A stretch of DNA of 64,000 nucleotides. Source: Naegleria gruberi. Taxonomy: Eukaryota. Both the position numbers and the translations under genes were made by a program. Within the stretch, counting starts at the first letter, position 1. The number at the start of each line of letters is the position of its first letter. Under the pieces are notes generated by a model, which worked only from the letters and a program-made list of their open reading frames with translations, had not been told where the DNA came from and searched no databases. Shown here in pieces: positions 54,056 to 64,000 of the stretch. The stretch lies in the NCBI GenBank assembly GCA_000004985.1, contig GG738865.1, one strand, 5' to 3'.

Positions 54056-55279
54056 TTAAATATTGAGTACACGAAGTTTTTCAGCTTTTGGAACAGTGTG
54101 GATCAAGACACGACCATCATAAGATACAGTACCAAAGGTCCAGCTGTTAGTATTACTCCAACAAAGAGAGTAGACACTTTCTTCATGTTCATCATATGTG
54201 TGAACAAGGTTATCAAACAATTCCTCCTTCTTTGGTTTGGATTTTTCTTCTTCAGATGCTTGTAATTCTTCGTCTAATTCTTGCTCTTTTGCCTTTGATG
54301 AAATTGAGGCAATAGACCATAAATTTACCTTACTGTCAGTACTTCCTGTCAAAATCAATTGATCATATTGTGGATTAAATCTGACTTTGGAAATCCAGTG
54401 TGAATGACCTCCTAAAACCAACAATGGTTCCTTCGTCGAACGAATATCCCAAAACTTTACAAAGCAGTCATCACCACAAGTTGCCAATCTGTACATATGA
54501 TATGGATTGTATTGGACATCCCTAACCATTTGGTCATGAGCAATAAATTCAACATTCTTCTTATTATTCTTTTCTCTCAAGTCAACTTGGATGACCTTTC
54601 CTTGGGCAGCAACAGCAATAATTTCTGAATGATGAGGATCCCAAGCACCAGTTCTTAATCTTCTTCCACCCAAATCATACTTGTTAACAAATTTACATGT
54701 TTTTTCAAATCTAAATTCTCTCAAACATTTTTCATCGATTGAAATTACACGATCACTAGTTCCATTTTGATCCCATAATATTTCGTGTACTCTTTCATTA
54801 TCAAATTGTTTGGCATCTAATTTTGACAGAGTTTCCAAATTATTGGTATTATTACTTTCCAATTCTTCTCCAACATCTGATTGTCCTGCTTGTTCCGAAT
54901 ATGTTGACATTCCGTATAGTGCTGCTTCAAAACCATTTTTAATGGTATTATATGTTGTGAAGAAATATTTTGGTTTTGATGGATGTGGACTAATCGACCA
55001 AACTTCGTGTTGATGTGAAAAAGCAGCTTGACAAAAAACATCATTTTCTTCCTCGTTAAATTCAATAAGATGGACTTCATTGTTGGCATTCAGAGCACAA
55101 GTTCCTACAAGAAATCTATTATTTTGAGTATCACCTTTTACCGCAGCCATACATCTACTCTTGTTTAAACGTTGACCATAGATTGCAGAGGTGTGTCCGT
55201 GACTATCCTGTTGTGATGCTGATGAGGCTGTGTAATCACTGTGTGATCGTAAATGTCCTCTTGTGTTGGATCTTTTCAT
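54056..55279 (-). CDS. EIPR1: EARP/GARP-interacting WD40 protein EIPR1 (TSSC1)
   Basis: Intronless, 407 aa. It aligns with human EIPR1: IYG..RFLVGT, HLIEFNEEEN, VRDVQYNPYHMYRLATCGDDCFVKFWDIRSTKEP, GHSHWISKVRFNPQYDQLILTGSTDSKVNLW, YDEHEESVYSLCWS..SYDGRVLIHTVP. Confidence 0.9.
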   Translation of the reverse strand: MKRSNTRGHLRSHSDYTASSASQQDSHGHTSAIYGQRLNKSRCMAAVKGDTQNNRFLVGTCALNANNEVHLIEFNEEENDVFCQAAFSHQHEVWSISPHPSKPKYFFTTYNTIKNGFEAALYGMSTYSEQAGQSDVGEELESNNTNNLETLSKLDAKQFDNERVHEILWDQNGTSDRVISIDEKCLREFRFEKTCKFVNKYDLGGRRLRTGAWDPHHSEIIAVAAQGKVIQVDLREKNNKKNVEFIAHDQMVRDVQYNPYHMYRLATCGDDCFVKFWDIRSTKEPLLVLGGHSHWISKVRFNPQYDQLILTGSTDSKVNLWSIASISSKAKEQELDEELQASEEEKSKPKKEELFDNLVHTYDEHEESVYSLCWSNTNSWTFGTVSYDGRVLIHTVPKAEKLRVLNI

Positions 55280-55463
55280 TTTTTAATTATAAATATTAAA
55301 TCTTTTAATAATATATCGTTATGATAATCACCTGTCCCATCACGCCAAACAAAATAAAAACACTTTTTAATATTTTAAATGAATATTAAATATTAAATAA
55401 TATTAAATTTAATTTTATTTAAACACAATCATGGTGTAGATTTTCATTTACATATAAAAAGCA

Positions 55464-56633
55464 TTAGTGCTTCTTATAATTATCGAGAATTTCTCTGAGA
55501 TGGAACTTTTTACGAATTATTGTCCTCACATCAGAGTGTTTGTATAATTGTTTCAAAAATGGAATGAGTTTCATCAATTCACGATCTTCCTTATCATCAA
55601 ACCAACTCAAAATTGGTATTCCGTTATCGATTTGATAACCGTATGCTTGTGGTGAGTTATCAACAATGCAAGTCTTGGAAAGATCACGTCCAAGTACTTC
55701 TAAATCCTTCAAATAGTTTCTCTCAACATCAATACAAGAATTTCTAAAAACTCTGTACTTGATGTACTTTCTTTCAGGATCAAGGATTGAAAGCAATTTA
55801 TCAGCATACACACTTTGTGATGCAGTGAAAACAACAACTTCGAAGATTTTTGATACAGCTTCCAAAAACTCAACAAAGTAAGGTCTCTTCCGCACGTAAA
55901 CTGTATATTCAACTCCATGGAAGAGTACAGTAAAGGTAAAGTCAGGATCAGGAATTGGTTCAGTGCTACAATGGACAAGAGTTTCATCAAGATCCAAAAC
56001 TAGGGTTATATCTGGTTGTGATAATTCTTTAGGTGGAAGACAATATTGATGAGGGGAGATCTTAGGTTTTGGTGGAAGGTGGGCAATAAAGTCAAATCTA
56101 TGAAAACGTTAGAACAACAAATGTTTTCATATGAAAATAAAACTTACGGATTGAATTCATCATCATCTTCATACTCAATATCTAATAATTGAGAGTATGA
56201 AAAATCATAAATATCTTCTTCATAGTCTTCTTCCTTTTGCATGACTTTTTCATCATAATTTACACCAAGAGTAATATCTGTGTCAGAGTCACTCAGAGAG
56301 AATCTTCGGGGTGAGAAGAGTTCATCTTCATTGGAGATGGTTGATGTAGAGTCAGAGTAAGAAAGTTTACGAAGAGCTAATGGAGAGGAAGATTTTGGAG
56401 TTGATGATTTTTGTTCTGTCTGATCGGCGTCATTTTCGTTTCCTTTTCGTTCTGTTATGGAGGAACAAAAGTTTGGACGTTATTATTGATTGTATAGAGT
56501 TGTTCATATGTTATCAGCAGATGGTTTGTTGTTGAATAGAGTTAGCATAAATACAGTAAAATAGATAGTTACTTTTTTGAGTTGGTTTGTTAGGAGAGGA
56601 GGTTATTATAAAAGCAGACTTTGGATTAGACAT
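55464..56633 (-). CDS. CTD small phosphatase-like protein (FCP1-homology/NIF domain)
   Basis: Exons 56573..56633, 56148..56451, 55464..56097 (introns of 121 and 50 nt). Catalytic DLDETLVHC (DxDxT), then [64 protein letters not shown]. The first exon is the least certain, but exon 2 has no in-frame ATG near its start. Confidence 0.8.
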
Positions 56634-57096
56634 TTTGGAAATCTAGGTACCTGAACAATGGAATAATTCGGATGATGAAACCGTTACGTAAATCCAATAA
56701 ACAGCAAGGTAGGATTGCTAGGTATTGTTCTGGTATTTTTTTTAATAAATTTTAAAACAATAATTTTTTAAAATAAAATTACTGATTTGCAACGTTTAAT
56801 TTTTTTTAGGAGGGAATATTTGTTGTGACAGGTTTTGAAAAGAATATTTTGAAAATATCGACAAAGAATGACTTTGATATAAATGATTACAAACCGAAGG
56901 TAAGGAATAGTTTTCCAGTTCGACTTCGAGATATTGATTGTTGAAATGATGTGTAATTATTTTGAACATTTCTTTGTGGATTACAAAATTCAATGGAATC
57001 ATTCTCTAATTATGTCTGCTCTCTTCACATCTATTAAGAGAATCAAAAAGACCAATCAATCAAATATATTTTCTGTAGTATTAAAGTGATTGGTTT

Positions 57097-57108
57097 ATGG
57101 CGGGAAAT
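57097..57108. promoter_or_regulatory. E2F-like element ATGGCGGGAAAT (TTTCCCGC on the minus strand)
   Basis: About 45 nt upstream of the MSH1 ATG (57151), in the spacer shared with the CTD phosphatase gene. Confidence 0.45.
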
Positions 57109-57150
57109 AGAGCTGTTGATTAGGTTGTAAGCTAAACCAAAATCAAAAAA

Positions 57151-60100
57151 ATGCTTTCACTGAACAGAACACTATCATCATCGATTTTAACTCAATGTAA
57201 TAGGGTTGGCTCTCACACATTGTCTCTATCACACAGAGTGTCGAAAGCTTGTGGAAAATCCAATTTTAAAGTTATTCTTGGGGTGAATAATTATAACACA
57301 TCGGAATTGATAAACTGTGTTATTAAAAACAACAATCAGAGAAATTACACTCTTACACAAAAATTAAATGGAAAGAAGAAGGACGCTACAAATGATGAGG
57401 AAGAGGATGTTGTAGAACTAAAATCAATCACTACCGAAAGTGTTGATTTAAAAAATCAGAAATTTACTCCAATGATGAATCAATATTTCAAAATTAAAGA
57501 AAAACATTCGGATTATTTATTATTATTTAGAATGGGAGATTTTTATGAAATTTTCTTTGAAGATGCTGTTAAAGCTTCACAAGTTTTACATATTACAGTA
57601 TGTTTAATATTAGATTATGAAAGTATTGAATTTATTTAAATTAGTTGACTAAAAGAGGAAAGCATTTGGGACAAGATATTCCAATGTGTGGAATTCCACA
57701 CCATGCATTAGATGCCTATTTACAAAAATTAATTAAGAATGGTGTTGTAGTTGCTATTTGTGATCAAGTAGAGGATCCAGCCGAAGCCAAGAAGAATAAG
57801 AAAATAGTCGAGAGACAAATTACTAGATTGTAAGTATTAATTTGAATTGGAATTCATTACTCAACTAATATAGAGTAACACCAGGAACATTGACAGAGGA
57901 TAGATTTTTGGAAGCAAGTGAACACAATTATTTAGCTGCTATTGGATTGCCAGAAAAATTCTCAACCAATGACGAAAATCATAAGGAGCAACAGGTTACT
58001 CTTTCATGGGTTGAATTATCGACTGGTGAATTTAATTATTTGAATTGTTCCTGTATGTAACAACCTTAATTATTATTTTAATATTTCAAGTTGGTAATTT
58101 ACAATCGGAGTTATTGAGATTGAGTCCAAGTGAAATTTTGATTCCTTCCAACTTTGAATACGTATTCAAGGTAAGACTGGAGGAATACCATGTCACTCTC
58201 AGAAAACCAGCTTCATATCAACACTATGCAAATTTCATTCAAAATCATTTCAAATTGGACAAGCTTTCAAGTTATAGTGGTGTAAGTTATTTAATAATAT
58301 TAATTTCTCATTATCAAATAGTTGGACATAACTACATGTGGAATGATTTTGGACTATGTTAAAGAAACTCAAAAAGGTCAAATGCCAACACTTAGTACAC
58401 CTGAAAAATTCAAAATGGAAAGAAATATGTCTATTGACTTGGCAACCAGAAAAAGTTTGGAACTCACACGGACCCTATCAGGATCTAGGAAGGGAAGCTT
58501 ACTTTCAATTATTGATAAATGTGTAACAGCACCAGGTGCTAGATTATTGTCGAATCGATTGGCCTCACCATTGGCTGTTCCTTCCGAGATTGAGGATAGA
58601 TTGGATTGTGTAGAATATCTCACTGAAGATAAAGTTCTCATTGATCAAATCAGAGACTATCTGAAGAATTGCTACGACATTGAAAGAGCCATTCAAAGAT
58701 TGAGCATGAGCAGAGGTTCACCAAAGGATCTTTTCACAGTTGCAGCAACGGTTTCACAATGTCAACAACTGAAGGAAATTATTTTGGAAAATGAGGCGAG
58801 GAGACATACCAAATTACCAACAGTGTTGGCCAAAGTAGTGGAAGAATTGAATTCGGATGTCCAACTCGAGGCGATGAACGAGATTTTATCCGCCATGAAA
58901 GAGTACGAGGACCTACCTACTTCTGTAAGTGAGGGAGGCTTCATTAGGGTTGGATATTCAACAGAGCTTGACGAATGGCTCAAATTGAGTCAACACAGTG
59001 AAACCCTTATTCAAGATCTCCAAAAGGAATATAAGGACAAGACTGGAATTAGTACATTGAAAATTAAGAATAACAATGTGATGGGTTACTTTGTAGAAAT
59101 TCCAAGCTCACAACGTGATAGAATTCTTCCATTTAAGGAGTTTTCACACAAGCAAACCATGACTAATGTAGTTCGTTTCAAGACTGACAAGCTAGAAGAA
59201 TTGCAAGAAAAACTTGGAAAGGCACAACAAGAAGCCATCGATATGGAGCTGAAAATCTTCTTCCAGCTTCAAAAGAAATTACTAATAATTGCCAAAACAC
59301 TACTCTCCTCTGCTCAATCTATTGCCTCAATTGACTTGTATTCATCTTTGGCTTTGCTGGCAAGAGAGAGAAGCTATACGAGACCTAATGTAACACCATT
59401 CATTGAGTCTGAAGAGTTGGAAAAATCGAAAAAGAAAGTTCCAATCCTCAATATTCAAAAAGGTAGACATCCAATTGTTGAATATGCACAACAAGTCGGA
59501 GGAGCCACCATTGACAAGTCAAAGTTGGGTAAGAATGTAGGATTGACCTTTGTATCCAATGATTGTACAATGTTTAATAATGAGAATAGACTCATGCTTT
59601 TAACAGGTGCAAACATGGCAGGAAAAAGTACATACCTCAGACAGAATGCCCTCATTATTATTTTAGCTCAGATGGGATGTTTTGTTCCAGCTCAAAAGGC
59701 AGAATTTATGGTGGTTGACAAGATTTTCAGTCGTGTTGGTGCCTCTGATAATCTTGCCAATGATCAATCGACATTTATGGTTGAAATGGTTGAGACTGCT
59801 AATATTCTCAATCAAGCAACCAATAAGAGTTTCGTAATTATGGATGAATTAGGAAGAGGAACATCAGTTCTAGAGGGTTTGAGTATTGCCACAGCTGTTA
59901 TTCAACATTTACACAATAAGATTCAATGCAGAGCTCTATTCGCCACTCATTTCCACGAGCTCATTGAGAAGGCAAAGGAATTGAAATTTATGAAACCCTA
60001 CAAGTTGGAAGTACGAGTTAACAAATCCAATAATATCACGTTCACATACAAGATAGTTCCAGATGAGATTATTGATGGACAAAGTGCTGCATCAACTCAT

Positions 60101-60202
60101 TCGTCCTATGCCATTCAAGTTGCTAAATTGGCTGGTGTACCATCTATTGTAACAGATGAGGCAGAAAAGATTTTAGCAAAATTAAAGGCAGAGAGAAAGT
60201 AA
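57151..60202 (+). CDS. MSH1: Bacterial-type MutS homologue, mitochondrial mismatch repair (MSH1-like)
   Basis: Five exons: 57151..57597, 57645..57829, 57874..58052, 58091..58281, 58322..60202. Introns are 47, 44, 38 and 40 nt. Presequence-like N-terminus. Domain I is [74 protein letters not shown]. ATPase motifs are [33 protein letters not shown] and FATHFHEL. Confidence 0.9.
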
Positions 60203-60476
60203 GGAATGCTCAAAAATCTCTTGGAAAACAGCCGGTAACGTGTCCTTAAAATTATGTGGCTACATTATTGACAGGCGCACTGAAACACACAGAAGAGTGT
60301 CTTTGTCACTTGTCAGGCCTTGTCACTATCATTAAAAAAAATTATCATCACAACTGTGTTATCCAGTTAAAACACATCACAACGATAATCATAAAAACAA
60401 CACCACAACAACAAAACAACTGTAAAACAATAATTAACTACTAGATAACAATAACTACGGACTAAATCACATAAAA

Positions 60477-62706
60477 ATGTCCTCCCTATTCAATCGTTTC
60501 AAAAAGAATAACAGCAATGCAGAGAATAAATTTGAACAACAACGTAACGCCAATCGTAAAACACTACAACCTCAGGATTTGACCTCGACCCAAAGTGAAA
60601 TCAGTGCTCATGACAAGTCGGGTTCACTCTCAATTCCATCAAGTAATACTGCCAGTAGTGGTTCTCTAGCCTATTATGAGGAAGGAGCATCAGTGAATGC
60701 CATGACTCAACTCTCAAACAAAAACAGTAAGAAGGGAGATAACAACAAGGAAAAGATGCCACCACCAGAGGAAATTGTTGCTCAATTTGAAAAGTTGTTG
60801 AAATATCAAGGTATTACACCAACTGAAAAACGATACAAATTGATGATTATGAAACCTTTGGAAGAAAAGTGGAAATTGGTTAAAATTATGCAAAATACAA
60901 AGAAGGAAGCTGATAAATTGCATACCATCAAGGACACTCCTGAATATATTGTACATCGTTTGAAAGATGAACCAACACTTGGTTCAGTTACTGAATTGAT
61001 CAGTCTCTTAAAGGGAGCTAAATCAGAGGATTGGATTCGTAAATTCTTGGATTTACAAGGTTTGGAGTGTTTATTTCAAATACTGGTAGAAAGTTGTGAT
61101 CAACAAATTAGAGAACAGTATGTTTTTGTTAACATTTTCAATAATTTATTGAATGTAACATTATTCAATTGATTATAATCCTTTTTTGGACATTTTTGTA
61201 ACTTTTTCAATATTTGTAATGTCCTCCAATGATTTTTAACACAGAGGTGGTAATATTCACGAAGAATTTTCTGATGATGAAGCACAACCTGAGGAAGAAG
61301 AAAATGAAGAGGAAGAAGATGGACTCGAAGATGAGGAAAAGAAGGAAGAAACTGGTTCCGAACAAGTGGAAACCAAGTCTTTGGATCCAAAGAGTAAACC
61401 ACCTCCACCTATGCTTCCACCAAGAATTGAAACTAAATCAAAGCGTGAAGATCCATACGATGCTCTTCAAGCTGAATGTGTCAGAGCACTTCGTGCATTG
61501 ATGAATACCACTCTTGGTCTTAATGCCTTTTTGCAAAGTAAGGACAAGTCAGTGTTAACTGTCACCAAGATTTTGGATTCCAGAAATATCAAAACCAAAA
61601 CTCAAGTTTTCTTCTTGTTGGCAACTATTTGTAGATTCGAACAAGGTTTTTGGATTGCTATCGATGCTATGAACAAGTACAAGTTGAATAGAAAGGAACG
61701 TGCTAGATTCCAAACCATTGTTCGTTTATTGAAGAAGAAGGTTGAAGTGAGTGATGAAACTATTTTACTCAAAACTTCAATTATTGTTTTCATTAACTCT
61801 TTAATTAATTCTCCACAAGATGCTTCATTGAAGAAACAATTGAGAAAGGAATTTGTTGATCTTAAAATGATTGAAATCAGTGAACAATTGAAAGCTTTGG
61901 ATCTTGACGATACTTTAACAATGCAACTTTCATTCTTCGAAGAGGAAGTTCAAGATATTGAAGATGCTGAAGAGGAGGAAGAAGAGCTAGATCTCGACGC
62001 ATTGGAAGATCCTATGGAAATTCTCAAACTTATTAGAGTTCAATTGGGTGGTTCTCAAGCTTTCGAATATTTCGTTAAAATCCTTCAATACTTTTTAATC
62101 ATTTCCGGTAAATCAAATGAAAAGGAAAAATCAAAGAATATGAATATTCTCTTGACAATGATCAAGAAGGCTGTTGCTTTCAAGGAAGATGGTGGAGTTG
62201 AAGAAGTCAGTGTTAAGGAATTGCAATTAGCTGATCGTGTTGAAACTCAACAACGTAAGATTACACAACTCGAAACTAGATTCTTGAAATTGGCAGAAAT
62301 GTTAAAGACTGGTAAAATTGATGATAAGGTTATTGAAAAATTCATTAGTTTGACATCTAAGGACACAAGAGAAAGCTTTAACAAATCAGTTGAAAGTATG
62401 GATCCTAGTGAGTTACAAGAAGAATTCCTCAAAGATGCCGAAGAATTACTTGTAAAGGTTAAGTCAAAAGGTGGATTTGATTTGGATACTTCAAATGCTC
62501 CAGAAGATTTAAAGAAACACTTGAAGAAACTCGAAACTGAGCTCAAATTTATGACTTATAAGGCCAAACAATTAGAGAAACAATTACAATCTGGAGGTGG
62601 AGGAAAAGGTGGAGGTGGTTCTGGTGGAGGATCAGGTGGAGGCGGCTCAGTAGGTTCAGGAGAAGCAAGCTCTGGTGATTCAGGATCTGAGGTGCCCTTC
62701 AGGTGA
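60477..62706 (+). CDS. Diaphanous-related formin, N-terminal GBD/FH3 region plus coiled coil and Gly/Ser linker
   Basis: Exons 60477..61117 and 61245..62706 (127-nt intron GTATGT..ACACAG, phase 2). GBD-like PPPEEIVAQFEKLLKYQGITPTEKRYKLMIMKPLEEKWKLV. Armadillo-like FH3 ECVRALRALMNTTLGLNAFL. This frame ends at TGA 62704 directly before FH1. Confidence 0.8.
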
Positions 62707-64000
62707 AGGTGGTTCAACAGGAGGTGATTCATCTGTTCCATCCATACCAACAATTCCAGTTGCAACTGAAGGCATTCCATTGCCACCTGGTATGGGAGTT
62801 CCTCCACCACCTGGTATGGGAATTCCACCACCACCTGGTATGGGCGGTATTCCACCACCACCAGGATCAGGTATTCCATTGCCACCTGGCGTTCCACCAC
62901 CACCTGGCATGGGAGGAATTCCAATGCCACCTGGAGTTCCTATGCCACCTGGTATGGGTATTCCTGGTATTCCAGGTATTCCACAAGGATACGTTCCACC
63001 AAAATTACCAACCTATAAGAGTACTGCTGTAATGAAGGGTGTCTTTTGGAGTAAGGTACCAGTTCAACAATTGAAGGACTCTATCTGGATTAAGAAGGAT
63101 ATTGTCACTGGATTGGAAGGTATTGAATTGGAAACAACAGAATTGGAAAAGCTCTTTGCTAAGAAGGAATCTATTGTATTGGAAACTAACACAAAGAAAC
63201 CAGAAAAGGTTACCCTCATTGATCCAAAGAAGGCCCAAAACTCTGCCATCGTTCTCGGTTCTATGAGATTGGACCACGATGATATTAAATTATCCATGTT
63301 GAGAATGGATGAAGGTGTTTTGGCTCCAGAAAATATCAAGGCCCTCAAGGACATGGTTCCTACAGCCGATGAAAGACAAGCTCTCAGTGATTATAATGGT
63401 GATTTCAACATGTTGGGAACAACTGAACAATTCTTGAGTAAGGTCATGGATATTCCAAGACTCGAAGAAAGATTAGAAAGTTGGTTGATCAAACTCAAAT
63501 TCCCTGCCAGTGTTTCCTCAATTGAACCAGATATTGAAACTATCATTTCTTGTTGCAAACAATTACAACAAGGTAAAAAATTCCACAAAGTTTTGCAAGT
63601 CATTTTGGCTATTGGTAACTTTATCAATGGTAACAAGAAGGCAGTTCACGGTTTCCAAATCAATGCCCTTCCAAAGTTGAAGGACACAAAGGCAACAGGT
63701 GCTAAGATTAATATGCTCGATTATATTGTTCAATTTTTGGAGAAGAATCATCCAGAAACTCTCAATTTTGGTGATGACCTTTCTGCTCTTAAGGGTGCTG
63801 AAAGAGTTTCAATTCAAGGTATCACTTCTGAATTGAATGAAATGAAGAATGGTGTCAATTTTGTTGGTAGAGAAATTGAAAAGTCAGATTTAGACACAGA
63901 ATTCGACAAGTTTAGAGAAGTCATGGTTGACTTTTTAGATTTTGCCTCTGAAAAGGTTGAAACATTCGAAAATCAAATTAAGGAAATGCAAACTCAAATT
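62702..64000 (+). CDS. Formin FH1 (poly-proline) and FH2 domains, 3' partial; same gene as 60477..62706 but in the +1 frame
   Basis: This ORF is absent from the ORF track because it runs off the window. Frame 62702 is open to 64000. FH1 repeats IPLPPGMGVPPPPGMGIPPPPGMGGIPPPP. FH2 includes VFWSKVP, LIDPKKAQNSAIVLGSMRL, LAIGNFINGNKKAVHGFQINALPKLKDTKA and LDYIVQFL. Confidence 0.9.

Noticed and set aside
62556-62930. Minus-strand Gly/Pro-rich ORFs (62556..62930, 62680..62910) and + ORF 62703..63032 (His/Leu-rich).
   Set aside because: These are alternative-frame or antisense readings of the formin FH1 poly-proline repeats (cca cca cct ggt atg). The FH1-FH2 frame starting at 62702 is the one that continues into a canonical FH2 domain.
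63005-63751. Minus-strand ORFs 63005..63277, 63064..63354, 63391..63636 and 63563..63751.
   Set aside because: They lie antisense to the formin FH2 coding region, which is absent from the ORF track only because it has no stop within the window.

Overview
This window is eukaryotic nuclear DNA, not prokaryotic. It is visibly AT-rich and very compact, with about 36 protein-coding genes plus one tRNA on both strands. It uses the standard genetic code and has A-rich contexts before start codons (aaaaATG). I inferred 26 GT-AG spliceosomal introns of only 38-127 nt, with donors mostly GTAAGT or GTATGT. Every splice model below was checked by hand for frame continuity.

Calls made by recognising protein sequence from memory (no search was run):
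- methylcrotonoyl-CoA carboxylase beta (MCCC2)
- TTLL1 tubulin polyglutamylase
- EIPR1/TSSC1 WD40 protein
- kinesin-10 (KIF22/Kid) with a C-terminal helix-hairpin-helix
- UXT prefoldin-like protein
- histone H2B
- bacterial-type MutS (mitochondrial MSH1)
- SCP/NIF CTD phosphatase
- a Diaphanous-type formin
- a second kinesin
- glycerophosphodiester phosphodiesterase
- an ENT (EMSY N-terminal) domain protein
- a BTB-BACK-MATH protein
- an F-box/RasGEF protein
- a 7TM-RGS receptor beside a degenerate G-alpha-like gene
- a Myb/SANT protein
- a PPR protein
- tRNA-Glu(CUC)

The gene set includes a tubulin-modifying enzyme, many signalling genes and tiny introns. That fits a free-living amoeboflagellate-type protist such as Naegleria, but this is inference only.

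The supplied ORF track uses TTG/GTG starts and omits ORFs that run off the window. I therefore trimmed several starts to the first ATG and added the formin FH1-FH2 region (62702..64000). I recognised no rRNA, CRISPR array, transposon or operon-like structure.

The most interesting observations are:
1. A three-gene cluster of an unrecognised secreted cysteine-rich family. It contains a ~310-nt inverted, ~97% identical module whose differences are all synonymous.
2. A linked G-alpha-like pseudo-GTPase and 7TM-RGS gene pair.
3. Three places where long ORFs of one apparent gene, or of adjacent genes, are separated only by a single in-frame TAA or a +1 frame break (kinesin/G-alpha-like, Myb, formin).
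4. E2F-type TTTSSCGC elements that I found only in promoters, many of them promoters of cell-cycle-type genes.
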